64,000 nucleotides of DNA from an uncultured Actinomycetota bacterium (GTDB lineage Bacteria > Actinomycetota > Actinomycetes > Mycobacteriales > Mycobacteriaceae), in contig CAWFRR010000012.1 in NCBI GenBank assembly GCA_963818285.1, positions 153,271-217,270 of the forward strand, written 5' to 3'. Under the pieces are notes generated by a model, which saw nothing but the letters and a program-made list of their open reading frames with translations, had not been told where the DNA came from and searched no databases. Below, piece after piece: positions 9,784 through 20,359 of this stretch. Every line of letters starts with the position of its first letter. The stretch's first letter is position 1. Both the position numbers and the translations under genes were made by a program.

Positions 9784-11181
9784 GCCACCAGCTCTTCGAG
9801 CGGGGCATCGAGGTCTTCGCTGATGTCCTCGAGTGCACGGCCATTTGGCTCGCGCACTAGCAGTGTCGTCACGATTCCGGCGGCGTAGCAGCAGAACCCC
9901 ATGAGGGTGACCGCCCGCACGCCGGAGCTGCTGAGCAGCAGGGGCACGACGAGCGCCCCGGCGAACGCACCCACCTTCGCGATGCCTGCCGAGAGCCCGT
10001 GGAAGGTGCTGCGAACGGACGGTCGGATAGGACTCCGCGGCCAGCAACATCGTGGTGTAGTTGGGCCCGAACGCGACGCCGAACAGCGACAGGCCGAAGA
10101 CGACCGCGAACGGTAGGACAGTGGCGCTCAGACTCGGGCACCACGGTGATCAGCAGCATCGACAAGGCACAGAGACCGAAGCCGATCGCCTGCAGCATGC
10201 GGCGCGGCATCCGGTCGAGCACGAGCAGACCGGCAACGGCGCCGGTGAGACCGAAAACGACCACCAGGATCGCGTTGACAGCGATGTTCGACACGATGCT
10301 GCCATGCGGCGCTAATGCTTTTGATGAGTAACGGCTGGCTGACGTAGTTCCCGTACACCGCGACGTTGAAAAAGAACCAACTGCCTGCCGTCCCGAGGAA
10401 CACAATCCACAGCTTTCGGTTTTTCAGCACTGAGCGTGCCGGTGCAACAGGCTCGTTCGACGTTTCTGGCGCAGAGAAAGTCTGCGTACCCGCGCGGGAG
10501 AACGCGTCGAAGTCGTCCTGCGCTTGCTTCTCGTCGCCGCGTTGCGCGGTCCACCGTGGTGATTCGGGCATGTGCCGGCGTTGGTAGAGCACCAATAGTG
10601 AGGGCAGCACGCCGAATCCGAGAATCAATCGCCAGACGAGCTGGTGCGGGACGCCGGTCGCCAACAGAACCAGGCTGAGCAGATAGGCGGTGACTTGACC
10701 GAACACGTAGAAGATGAACGTGAGGCCGACGAGCGAACCGCGATTCCGTTTGTTGGCGTACTCGGTCATGATCACGCCGCTGGCGGGATAGTCGCCGCCG
10801 ATACCGAGCCCGAGGATGAGCCGGCCGATCAGCAGGACGGTGAAGTTCGGGCGACAGCGCCGACACCAGCGCGCCGATGATCATCAAGACCGCTTCGAGT
10901 CCGTAGACCCGTCGACGTCCGAACACGTCGCCGAGGCGCCCGAACGCCACCGCCCCGATGGCGACGGCCAGCAGTGTCGAACTCGTCAGCATCGAAATTT
11001 GTCCGCTACTGAGATGAAACTGGGCAGTGGCGAGCAGGGTCACCGTAGCGATCACGTTCAGGTCATAGGAGTCGGTGAAGAATCCGGCCCCTGCGGTGGC
11101 GGCCGCCTTGAAGTGGAAGGCGCTGAGTTTGGCGTCGTCGATCGCTGTCGCGACGTTGGGCCGAGCGGGTGCTGTTGTCAC
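9780..11181 (-). CDS. MFS transporter, phosphate:H+ symporter (Pho84/PHS)-like; multiple frameshifts
   Basis: GAGFFTDSYDL, LGDVFGRRRVYG, GIGGDYPASGVIMTEYANK, PESPRW, FGPNYTT. Confidence 0.8.
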
Positions 11182-11226
11182 AGGTCCTCCAGGTGGGTGC
11201 CCAGCGCGACGGATACTGCGCTCGAA

Positions 11227-11378
11227 ACTTGTCTTGATAAGTACGTTCCAGGATCCAAAGAGCGCCTGTCAACACTAGAGCGGGCAATGCCCCGAAAATT
11301 CGTTTCAGGTTCATTTATGAGGGCATTCGTTGACTCGCGGCAGACTTCACGCGGCTGATGTCGACATGTATAGTCAAG
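11227..11378. promoter_or_regulatory. Candidate GntR/HutC-type operators in the divergent gap
   Basis: Imperfect palindromes ACTTGTCTTGATAAGT (11227-11242) and CATGTATAGTCAAG (11365-11378). Confidence 0.4.
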
Positions 11379-11381
11379 TTT

Positions 11382-12125
11382 GTGACGGTGGCATTGCATG
11401 AGGTGATCGCCGACAGCCTGCGGGAGCAGATCCGCCTCGGTGAGTTGTCCGTCGGTATCCCGCTCCCGTCGGAATCTCAGCTGTGCGAACGATGGAATTC
11501 GTCGCGGGGACCGGTGCGGCAGGCACTCGCGACATTGCGTTCCGAAGGACTCATCGCGGGAGGCCGCGGCAAGCCGCCCGTTGTCTGTACGAGTTCGGTC
11601 GGCCAACCCTTCGACACGTTGTTGTCCTACTCGGCATGGGCTCACTCGATAGGACGGACACCCGGGCAGCGGACGCTCGAGTTGGCGCTGCGGCCCGCCG
11701 ACGAGCGAGCGGCGTCGGCGTTGCGGATCGACCAGGGCGCGCCCGTCGTTCAGATGCTGCGGCTTCGTTCCCTCGACGGTGAGCCGGCGATGTTAGAACG
11801 GGCCACTTTCGTCGAGCAGGTAGGACGTCGGTTGTTCGACTTCGACTGCGATTCAGGCTCGCTGTGGGCGTACCTGCTCTCCCAGGGAGTGCAGTTCGCC
11901 GGCGCGTCACACGTGATCGACGCGGTCGCGGCCGACGACGTCGACGCCGCGCATCTGGCGGTGCGCGACGGAGCTCCGCTGCTGCGCCAGCAGCGGACCA
12001 CGCATAGCCCGGACGGCGAAGTCATCGAGTACCACGACGACCGCTACCTGCCGGCGATCGTCAGTTTCACCCTGCAGAACACCTTCGATGCGCGCTGCAC
12101 GTTGACGCGTAACGCCAAACTCTGA
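11382..12125 (+). CDS. GntR (HutC/PhnF subfamily) regulator with UTRA domain
   Basis: LPSESQLCERWNSSRGPVRQALATL; UTRA region LRLRSLDGEP...SLWAYL...EYHDDRY. Start approximate. Confidence 0.9.
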   Translation: MTVALHEVIADSLREQIRLGELSVGIPLPSESQLCERWNSSRGPVRQALATLRSEGLIAGGRGKPPVVCTSSVGQPFDTLLSYSAWAHSIGRTPGQRTLELALRPADERAASALRIDQGAPVVQMLRLRSLDGEPAMLERATFVEQVGRRLFDFDCDSGSLWAYLLSQGVQFAGASHVIDAVAADDVDAAHLAVRDGAPLLRQQRTTHSPDGEVIEYHDDRYLPAIVSFTLQNTFDARCTLTRNAKL

Positions 12126-12137
12126 AACGGAGCACAC

Positions 12138-12851
12138 ATGACTACGGTCCTGCCCGAACTCGTCGTCCTCGACATCGCCGGTACCACCGTCGACGAGGGC
12201 CAGCACGTCTATCGCGTTCTCGGTGAAACGGCGCGGGCGCATGGAGCCACGCCATCGGATGCCGACATCGCCCGCTGGCACGGCTCGGCCAAACACGAAG
12301 CGCTGCAAGCGCTTCTGACCGCGCGCGATCGGGATGCCGCCCGACCTCGAGGAGCTGGCGACGGTCGTCGCCGATTTCCGGAATCGGCTTATCGCCGCGT
12401 ACACCGAATACCCACCGCGCCCGCTACCAGGCGTGCCCGAGGCATTGGCGGCGCTACGCGCAGCAGGCGTTCGGGTTGCTCTGACCACCGGCTTCGATCG
12501 TGACATCGTCGATTCGCTGACTCAATGGTGCTTGGCTGGGAGGGTGATTCGGTCGTCGACACCGTGGTCTGCGGCAGCGACGTCGCAGCCGGCCGCCCGG
12601 CACCGTTCATGATCTTCCAGGCGATGGAGCGACTGGGCGTGACGGACGTTGCGCGGGTGCTGGTCGCCGGCGACACTCCGCGCGATCTGGAAGCGGGGAC
12701 CAATGCCGGCGCGGGGTTCGTTGTCGGAGTGCTCACCGGCGCCGGCGATGCCGACGAACTCGGTGCTCATCCACACACGCATCTGCTGTCGTCGGTCGCG
12801 GATTTGACGACGTTCTTCGGGATCGACGCCGTCGCGGTGAGCCCGTCGTGA
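12138..12851 (+). CDS. Phosphonatase-like HAD hydrolase (PhnX-like/HpnX); frameshifts near 12330 and 12520
   Basis: VLDIAGTTVD motif I, ALTTGF, GRPAPFMIFQAM, VAGDTPRDLEAGTNAGA. Confidence 0.8.
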
Positions 12852-13891
12852 TCGACAAGACGATCGCCGCAGTGTGGCGCGGAAACGGTGAAATCGCCGT
12901 GGAGCCAATCACCGTCCCCTCGCTGACCCCCGGTGACGTCCTGGTGCGGGTCCGACTCGCCACTGTGTGCGGCAGTGATCGCCACACGGTCAGCGGACGT
13001 CGAAGCCAGCCCTGCCCGTCGATCCTCGGCCACGAGACGGTCGGCGAGATCGTCGCGCTGGGTGCAGATGGTTCGCGCGACGTCGACGGGCGGGCCCTGC
13101 GACTCGGCCAGCGCGTCATCTGGTCGGTGACGCTGCCGTGCGGTACCTGCGACCGGTGCCAGGCCGGCTTCACCGCCAAGTGCCGTACCGTGCGAAAGGC
13201 CGGCCACGAGGCGCTGGACTCCGCGTGGGGACTCTCCGGCGGATATGCCCAACATGTGCTGCTACCAAGAGGATTGGCCATCGCAACCGTCGATGACGGC
13301 CTGAGTGACGCAGTGGCGGCGCCGGCCGCTTGCGCGACCGCCACTGTGATGGCCGTCGTCGAACGCGCGGGAGTGCTGGCCGGACAGCGGGTCGTGGTGA
13401 TCGGAGCGGGCATGCTCGGACTCGGCGCGATCGCGGCCGCGGCGACTGCCGGGGCTTCGTCGGTGACGGCGGTCGATCCCGATGCTGGACGTCGCGATCT
13501 GGCCGCTCGATTCGGGGCCACACATGTCGCACCGTCAGCGCACGAAGCCGGCCAGAGCGACGTGCTGCTGGAGTTCTCCGGCTCCTCGTCGGCGCTGCAA
13601 GACGGACTTGGCGGACTCGACGTGCAAGGCGTCGCAGTCCTGGCTGGCGCCGTCGCCGCAGATGCCCCCGTCGTGTTCGACCCCGAACGTGTGGTGCGCC
13701 GGCAACTGGCCATCCTCGGGGTGCACAACTACGAGCCACGACACCTCCGCTCGGCGCTGACATTTTTGAGCGCTAGCAGCGACCGATTCCCTTGGTCTGC
13801 CTTGGTGGCGGCACCTCGTCCGCTCGACGAACTGGGAAATCTGCTCGTCAACCAGCCAGGATCGCGGCCACGGTACTCGATCGCCCCGTAA
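12848..13891 (+). CDS. Zn-dependent alcohol dehydrogenase, phosphonate-catabolism-associated (HpnZ-like)
   Basis: CGSD, LGHE, CxxCxxCx7C, ACATAT, GAGMLG, GVHNYEPRHL. GTGA coupling to the HAD gene. Confidence 0.85.
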   Translation: MIDKTIAAVWRGNGEIAVEPITVPSLTPGDVLVRVRLATVCGSDRHTVSGRRSQPCPSILGHETVGEIVALGADGSRDVDGRALRLGQRVIWSVTLPCGTCDRCQAGFTAKCRTVRKAGHEALDSAWGLSGGYAQHVLLPRGLAIATVDDGLSDAVAAPAACATATVMAVVERAGVLAGQRVVVIGAGMLGLGAIAAAATAGASSVTAVDPDAGRRDLAARFGATHVAPSAHEAGQSDVLLEFSGSSSALQDGLGGLDVQGVAVLAGAVAADAPVVFDPERVVRRQLAILGVHNYEPRHLRSALTFLSASSDRFPWSALVAAPRPLDELGNLLVNQPGSRPRYSIAP

Positions 13892-13903
13892 TGCCGGGGA
13901 GAA

Positions 13904-13922
13904 ACGAGACTGTTAGTCTCGT
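13904..13922. promoter_or_regulatory. Palindrome ACGAGACT-GTT-AGTCTCGT upstream of the MFS exporter
   Basis: Perfect 8-bp arms; TetR-type operator geometry. Confidence 0.55.
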
Positions 13923-13975
13923 AGTGGGCCGGTCTGGTGGAGAGGCGCGGCTGTAGGGCTGAAGGGGGGTGGCGT

Positions 13976-15562
13976 GTGGTCGAGGCATTGATCGACCCGC
14001 AGACCGACGGCGACTTCGCGTTGGCCGGATTGTCATCACGCGCCCGAGTCTGGCTCCTCTCCGTCGCCTGCTTCGGCGTGTTGCTTGTGATCGCCTCGAT
14101 GGTGGCGCTGAACACCGCGCTGCCCGACATAGCGATCGCCACGTCGGCCACGCAGACCCAGCTCACTTGGGTCGTGGACAGCTACACCCTGGTGCTGGCG
14201 TGCCTGCTGCTACCGGCAGGTGCACTCGGCGACCGTTACGGCCGACGCGGCGCGATGCTGGTGGGTCTGGCCATCTTCGGCACGGCGTCTCTGGTGCCCG
14301 CTGTCGTGTCCGACCCCCTGAGCGTCATCGTCGCCCGCGGGGCCGCCGGTGCCGGTGCGGCCTTGATCATGCCAGCCACGCTGTCATTGATCACCGCAGC
14401 CCATCCAAAAGATCAGCGCAACAAGGCCGTTGGCATCTGGGCCGGCGTCGCCGGATCGGGTGCCGTCATCGGGATGCTCGGATCTGGCGGCCTGCTGAAC
14501 TTTTGGTCCTGGCATTCGATCTTCTGGGCATTTGCAGGTGCGGCGTTCACCATCTTCCTGCTGACATTGACCATTGCGAGTTCGCGTGATGACGATGTCA
14601 AACCACTGGACTGGAGTGGGGCTCTCGTCATCGGTGGCGCCGTTGCGACCCTGGTCTTCGGCATCCTGGAGGCGCCGGCGCGTGGATGGTCCCACCCACT
14701 GGTGATCTGCAGCATCGGCATCGGGCTATTGCTGAGCCTGGCTTTCGGATTTGTCGAAGTGCGACAGCGTTATCCGCTTCTGGACGTGCGACTGTTCGCG
14801 GTTCCCGCGTTCGCCACCGGTGCGGCCACGATCACGGTGTTCTTTCTGTCGATGTTCGGTTACATGTTCCTGCTCATGCAGTACATGCAGATGATTCTCG
14901 GCTACAGCCCCAACAAGACGGCGATTGCGCTCGCCCCGATCATGGGCCCGATGCTGCTGCTGTCGGTGCTGTCGTTTTGGTACCTGCCCCGACTCGGCCT
15001 GCGCGCGGTGGTGTTCAGCGGGTTGCTGCTGATTGCGGCCGGGTCGCTCTGCATGCTCGGTATCAAGCTGGGTTCACCCTATTGGCGGGCAGCCTGGCCG
15101 ATGCTGGTGATGAGTGTCGGTATCGGATTGTGCACGGCGCCGACGACGTCGGTGATCATGACCACCGCTCCCGACGACAAGCAGGGCGTGGCGTCGGCGG
15201 TCAACGATGCCAGCCGGGAGATCGGGGCAGCACTCGGAATCGCGCTCGCCGGGTCGATGTTGGCCGCGCGATACGCTAAAGCGTTGACTCCCAACCTGAT
15301 CGGCTTCCCAAAGCCGGTCGGCGATGCCGCCTCCTCATCGCTGGCCCAGGCGTTGGAGGTCGCAAGACGGCTCGGCCCGGCGGGTGCCCGACTGTCGGAC
15401 CTCAGCAAGATGGCGTTCATCGAGGCCATGCATTCGTCGCTACTGGTGCTGGGCATTGTGATCGCCGTCAGCGCCGTCGTGATCGGGTTGTGGGCCCCGG
15501 GCCGCGACGACCAACAGCTGCGACCGGTGCGCAGTCTGCTGGCGCGACGGCGGTCTAAGTAG
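13976..15562 (+). CDS. DHA2-family MFS efflux transporter
   Basis: WVVDSYTLVLACLLLPAGALGDRYGRR, GAALIMPATLS, GVASAVNDASREIGAALG. Confidence 0.9.
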   Translation: MVEALIDPQTDGDFALAGLSSRARVWLLSVACFGVLLVIASMVALNTALPDIAIATSATQTQLTWVVDSYTLVLACLLLPAGALGDRYGRRGAMLVGLAIFGTASLVPAVVSDPLSVIVARGAAGAGAALIMPATLSLITAAHPKDQRNKAVGIWAGVAGSGAVIGMLGSGGLLNFWSWHSIFWAFAGAAFTIFLLTLTIASSRDDDVKPLDWSGALVIGGAVATLVFGILEAPARGWSHPLVICSIGIGLLLSLAFGFVEVRQRYPLLDVRLFAVPAFATGAATITVFFLSMFGYMFLLMQYMQMILGYSPNKTAIALAPIMGPMLLLSVLSFWYLPRLGLRAVVFSGLLLIAAGSLCMLGIKLGSPYWRAAWPMLVMSVGIGLCTAPTTSVIMTTAPDDKQGVASAVNDASREIGAALGIALAGSMLAARYAKALTPNLIGFPKPVGDAASSSLAQALEVARRLGPAGARLSDLSKMAFIEAMHSSLLVLGIVIAVSAVVIGLWAPGRDDQQLRPVRSLLARRRSK

Positions 15563-16040
15563 GCGGTGCCGTCAGGCGGTCGTAACGCGGATCGGTCTGG
15601 TCACGGCGCGACGGCCAGTACTGCGTCGCGTCGTCGCCGGGAATGGTGACGTCGGGTACGACCCGCCGGTAGGCCAGTTTCCACACATCGCCCAGGCGCT
15701 GGAAATAGTCGATGTAGCGGCCGTAGCTGGCGGTGACCTGACCGTTGATCAGCGCGTGCATTACGAAAAACGTTTCACCCCAGGCATTATCGCCCTCAAT
15801 GTCGAAGACTGACTGGCCCAGCAGGTGATGCATGGTGAGCTGTCCCGCTCGGCCGCCGGTTGCGCAGATCATGTCGGCGAATTCCGGACCCGTGCCTTTG
15901 AAGGCGCCGTGGTCGTCGAAGGACTGTGGCGTATAGCAGTCGACGATCGCCGCCTTGTCGGCCCGGTCGACCGCTGCGGAGAGCCTGGCGACCAGCTCGG
16001 TCAGTGCGTACTTGTCGACCCAGGACTGCGTGCTGCTCAT
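15555..16040 (-). CDS. NTF2/SnoaL-like protein
   Basis: AVDRAD...DDHG...MHHLLG...GRYIDYFQR...WKLAYR. Confidence 0.8.
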   Translation of the reverse strand: MSSTQSWVDKYALTELVARLSAAVDRADKAAIVDCYTPQSFDDHGAFKGTGPEFADMICATGGRAGQLTMHHLLGQSVFDIEGDNAWGETFFVMHALINGQVTASYGRYIDYFQRLGDVWKLAYRRVVPDVTIPGDDATQYWPSRRDQTDPRYDRLTAPPT

Positions 16041-16380
16041 GTCGCAGACGGTAGTCGGGCATGGTCCCGCAAGCAGCCGCGTGCGTGAACGGTGGCACTC
16101 TTTTTTCGTTTCGGCACCACCCGCGGGTGGTCACGTTTCGATGCAATGAGTAATGGTCGGACGCGGATACCAAAGTTGCCGGTGTGGCTGCCCAGCCACC
16201 GGTCTGACCAGCTAAGACGTTAAGCGGCCAGGCTTTTGCGATCAGGCTGATTTACACAGCTGTCTTACAGGGACGCTGTCGCTAGGCTCCAAATCTCACA
16301 GCTGGCGAGAACGTCCAGCGCCGAGAGTGGTCCATCGCGCGCGACGGCAGCTCCCACCAATCCGACACCAGGAGGCGGCA

Positions 16381-17493
16381 ATGACTGAGCCCGCGCCCCC
16401 GAAGAAACGCCGCATCAAACTGCCCTTTGCACTGTCGCGAATCAACACCCTCGGCATCGTCGCGATCATCGCCGCAGGCAGCCTGCTCGCCGTCCACAAT
16501 CTGCACCACGACAATTCGCCGAACCAAATCCTCAACGTTTCCTACGACCCGACCCGCGAGCTGTACGCCGCGATCGACAAGACCTTCGTCGAGGAGTTCC
16601 GGAAAAAAACCGGCGTCACCGTGGAAGTCAAGCAGTCGCACGGTGGTTCGGGACGGCAGGCCACCGAAGTCATCAAGGGCCATGAGAAGGCGGACGTCGT
16701 CTCGCTGGCGTTGCCGAGCGACGTGGACGCGCTGCGCAAGCGCGGCCTCATCGCATCCGACTGGCAGAGCCGTCTGCCGAACCATTCGGTCCCTTATACC
16801 TCGACGATCGTTTTCGTCGTCGAGAAAGACAATCCGCTGGGGATCCACGACTGGCCGGATCTGATCAAAGACGGCGTCGACATCATCAATCCCAATCCCC
16901 GCACCTCGGGCAACGGAAAGCTCAGCGTTCTCGCGGCCTGGGGCTCGGTGACAACACGCGGCGGCAGCGAGCAGGAGGCCAGTGACTACGTCAGGGCGTT
17001 GTTGGCCCACGTCAAGGTCGCTGACAGCGGAGCACGCGGCGCCGCAACCACCTTTTCCACTGAGAAAATCGGCGACATCCACTTGACCTGGGAGAACGAA
17101 GCCCTGCGGGAAGTGGCGGAGAACAAAGACCAATTCGAAATCGTCTATCCGCCGGTCAGCATCCTCGCCGAACCGGCGGTCACCTGGGTCGACGCGAACC
17201 TCAAGGACAAGAAGCTGGCGTCCTACGCCAAGTCGTACCTGGAGTACCTCTACACCGACGCTGCGCAAGAGACCGTCGCCCAGTACGGCTACCGCCCACT
17301 GAAGCCGGAGATCCTGGCCAAGCATGCGGATCGGCTACCGCCCATCAATCTGTTTCCCATCACTGCGATCGCCAAGAGTTGGTACGACGCGCAGGAGAAG
17401 TTCTTCGGCAGTAACGGCATCTACGACGTGGTCTCCTCGGCTCCGGCCAGAGTCGCGTCTGCACACCCGCGGCGAAAGACGAAGACCCCATGA
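16381..17493 (+). CDS. sbp: Sulfate/thiosulfate-binding protein (Sbp/CysP family)
   Basis: [62 protein letters not shown]. Confidence 0.92.
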   Translation: MTEPAPPKKRRIKLPFALSRINTLGIVAIIAAGSLLAVHNLHHDNSPNQILNVSYDPTRELYAAIDKTFVEEFRKKTGVTVEVKQSHGGSGRQATEVIKGHEKADVVSLALPSDVDALRKRGLIASDWQSRLPNHSVPYTSTIVFVVEKDNPLGIHDWPDLIKDGVDIINPNPRTSGNGKLSVLAAWGSVTTRGGSEQEASDYVRALLAHVKVADSGARGAATTFSTEKIGDIHLTWENEALREVAENKDQFEIVYPPVSILAEPAVTWVDANLKDKKLASYAKSYLEYLYTDAAQETVAQYGYRPLKPEILAKHADRLPPINLFPITAIAKSWYDAQEKFFGSNGIYDVVSSAPARVASAHPRRKTKTP

Positions 17494-19296
17494 GCATTCC
17501 GCAGATTTCTGCACGCATAAAAGGCGTGAACTACGACAGGGACAAACTGCGTAGCGACCTGGTAGCGGGCCTCACGGTCGCTGCGGTGTCGCTGCCGCAG
17601 GGCATCACCTACGCGTTGGTGGCCGGCGTCGACCCCAAATTCGGTGTCTACTCGGCGATCGTGGTGACGCTTCGTCGCGTCGATTTTCCAGTCGTCGTCG
17701 CATCTGGTCAACGGCCCGACGAGTGCCATATCGCTGCTGGTGTTCAGTTCGCTGGCATTCATCGACCCGGAGAACCGGACGGTCCTGTTCGAGGCGCTAT
17801 TCCTGCTCGGCGTTCTGGTCGGCACCTTCCAGATTTTGATTGCGGTGTTCAGGCTCGGTGATCTGACCCGCTACATCTCCGAATCCGTGATCCTCGGCTT
17901 TCTGCTGTCCGCGGCCGTTCTGATCGCGCTGGGTCAACTCGGCAATGCGCTGGGAGTGAAAGACCAAGGCAACGCCCGGCAGTCGGTGATAAAACGCACC
18001 TACCTCACCCTGTTCCACGGCGAGGCATTCAACTACCGCGCGTTGATCATCAGCGTCGCGACCATCGTCCTCGCCGTCGTGCTACGGCGGCTGGTGAAGC
18101 GATTCGGCCTGCCCCAACTCGACCTGCTGGCAACGCTGATCTTTGCGGCCCTGATCGCGTATCTCGCCGGATGGGCGACCGAAGACCACACCGGCAACAC
18201 CGCGATCAAGCTGACCGCGAAGATCCCGCAGAGCCTGCCGCACCCGCACATCCCGTCCGTGCAACTCAGCGAAGTGACCCAGTTGGCACCGGGCGCACTG
18301 GCAATCGCGTTCATCGGACTGCTCGAGGCGCTGTCGATCGCCAAGGCCATCGCCTACCAGAGCGGGCAGAAGATCGACTACAACCGGCAGATCATCGCCG
18401 AAGGCCTGGCGAACCTCACCGGCGGCTTCTTCCAGGCCGTACCGGGCTCGGGTTCGGTGACCCGCTCCCCGATCAACTACCAGGCCGGCGCGAAGACCCG
18501 GTTCTCCGGCGTGATCGCCGCCATCGCCGTCGCGATCATCGTGCTGTTGTTCGCGCCGCTACTGCACTACATGCCCCGGGCCGCGCTGGCGGGACTGCTG
18601 CTGATCACTGCCGCGCGACTGATCGACATCAAGCGCTTGAGCTACGCGATCAAAGCGTCCCGCTACGACGCCGGCCTAGTGATCCTCACCGCGCTCGTCG
18701 GCGTGTTCGTCGACCTGGACACCGCGGTGCTGCTCGGTGTCGCGCTGTCGATCCTGCTGTTCGTGCCGCGGGCGGCCAAGCTCAAGGCGCGGGAGTTGGT
18801 GGTCGCGCCCGAGCGGGTGGTCCGCGAGCGGGTGCTGTCCGATCCGTCCGACCCGTCCACGCTCATCTATGACTTCGAAGGCGAACTGTTCTTCGGTGCC
18901 GCTCCCGACCTCGAGCAGTATCTGGAAGAGCTGGGTCAGCGAATCAAAGACGACGACATCAAGTACCTCGTCCTGCGGCTCAAGCGGGTGCGCCATCCGG
19001 ACGCCGTTGTGATCCAACGCATCGAGAAATTCGTTCGGGAAGAAACCGACCGTGGCGTCACGGTCCTGCTCGCGGGCGTCCAGGATGACTTGTGGACGTT
19101 GCTGACGAACGTCGGGTTCGACAAGTGGTTCCCCTCCGACCGGGTCTTCCCTGAGGAAGAAAAAGAGTTCTCGGCGACGCTGAAGGCGGTCCGTTACGCC
19201 CACGCACTCCGCGGGTTCGACGAGTCGGGCGACAAGGTTCCGGCGGAAGCTGTTGCGACCAATGGGGACGCCAAGCACTACTACTACCTGGTCTGA
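17490..19296 (+). CDS. SulP-family anion transporter with C-terminal STAS domain (frameshift near 17670)
   Basis: [51 protein letters not shown] overlap with sbp. Confidence 0.88.
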
Positions 19297-19330
19297 GCGG
19301 CTGTCCTGACTGGAGAACTAAACTGGCCCA

Positions 19331-20359
19331 ATGCCATTGGACCAGCGGTACGTCATCGTCGGCGCGGGCGCCATCGGCGGGACTGTCGGCGGGGTGTTGA
19401 CCCGAGCCGATGTCCCGACGGTCTTGGTCGCCCGTGGTCGCCACGCCGAGACGTTGGCGGCCACCGGTTTGATGCTGAGGACGCCGGACGGCATCTTCCA
19501 CACCTCGGTCACCGCGGTGTCGCAGGCCGAGCAGTTGAGGCTGACGCCGGACGATGTGCTGGTGTTCACCACCAAGACACAGCAACTCGACGTGGCGTTA
19601 CAGCAGTGGGCGGACCAACCGGTGCATGGCCCGGACGGGATCGTCGGCACCGCCGGCGATGTCTTGCCCGCACTGACCGCCCTCAATGGTGTTGTCGCCG
19701 AAGAGAAAGCGTTGCGTTATTTTCGGCGGGTCTTCGGCGTCTGCGTGTGGCTGCCCGCGGTACACCTCGAAGCCGGCGAGGTGATAGTTCGGTCGTGGCC
19801 GACGGTCGGACAGTTCCATATCGGTCGCTGGCCCGCCGACTTGAGCGACGACAACGACCTCCTGCGGGCACTGAACACCACGTGGACCGCAGCGGGAATT
19901 CGGGTCAATGTCGTCGATGACGTCGCTCCGTGGAAATACAACAAGCTGATCAGCAACCTCGGCAATGCAGTCGGTGCGCTGGCCTCAGAAGGCGCGGACC
20001 TCACCCGAATCGTGCAGGTGTTGCGAGCCGAAGCGGAACACGTATTGCGACACGCGGGAATCGAATTCGTGTCGTTCGAGGTTTCCACCGCGGCGCGGGT
20101 CGACGGACCGACACCTCGACCGGTACCGGGTGCGGACACCGGAGCAAGCAACTCGACGTGGCAGTCGCTGAGCCGCAACACCGGCGATGTGGAGACCGAT
20201 TTCTTCAACGGCGAGATCGTCAGGATCGCTCATCGGCACGGGATCGACGCACCCGTCAACGCCGCGATGGCGCGCGCCGCGCGCGCCGCCGTGCGCAATG
20301 GCTCTGGGCCAGGGCACTATTCGGCCGAAGAGCTGACCAAACAGCTTGGGATTCGATGA
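19331..20359 (+). CDS. Ketopantoate reductase (ApbA/PanE)-family protein
   Basis: IVGAGAIG, TTKTQQ, LNG, WKYNKL, STWQSL, ETDFFNGEIV. Confidence 0.85.
   Translation: MPLDQRYVIVGAGAIGGTVGGVLTRADVPTVLVARGRHAETLAATGLMLRTPDGIFHTSVTAVSQAEQLRLTPDDVLVFTTKTQQLDVALQQWADQPVHGPDGIVGTAGDVLPALTALNGVVAEEKALRYFRRVFGVCVWLPAVHLEAGEVIVRSWPTVGQFHIGRWPADLSDDNDLLRALNTTWTAAGIRVNVVDDVAPWKYNKLISNLGNAVGALASEGADLTRIVQVLRAEAEHVLRHAGIEFVSFEVSTAARVDGPTPRPVPGADTGASNSTWQSLSRNTGDVETDFFNGEIVRIAHRHGIDAPVNAAMARAARAAVRNGSGPGHYSAEELTKQLGIR

Noticed and set aside
16275-16348. Possible riboswitch (ykkC-like fragments CTAGG, CCGAGAG, ACGG) in the sbp leader
   Set aside because: Stems can be drawn (16275-16282 with 16341-16348; 16301-16305 with 16315-16319), but the conserved 3' hairpin and P1 pairing are absent, and such stems are common at this GC content. 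An Rfam search would be needed.
19930-20355. Long N-terminal extensions of track ORFs (19930-21606, also 4925-6187, 8881-10050, 24954-26126, 61735-62223)
   Set aside because: They overlap upstream genes in other frames; the real starts are the coupled ATG/GTG codons listed in features.
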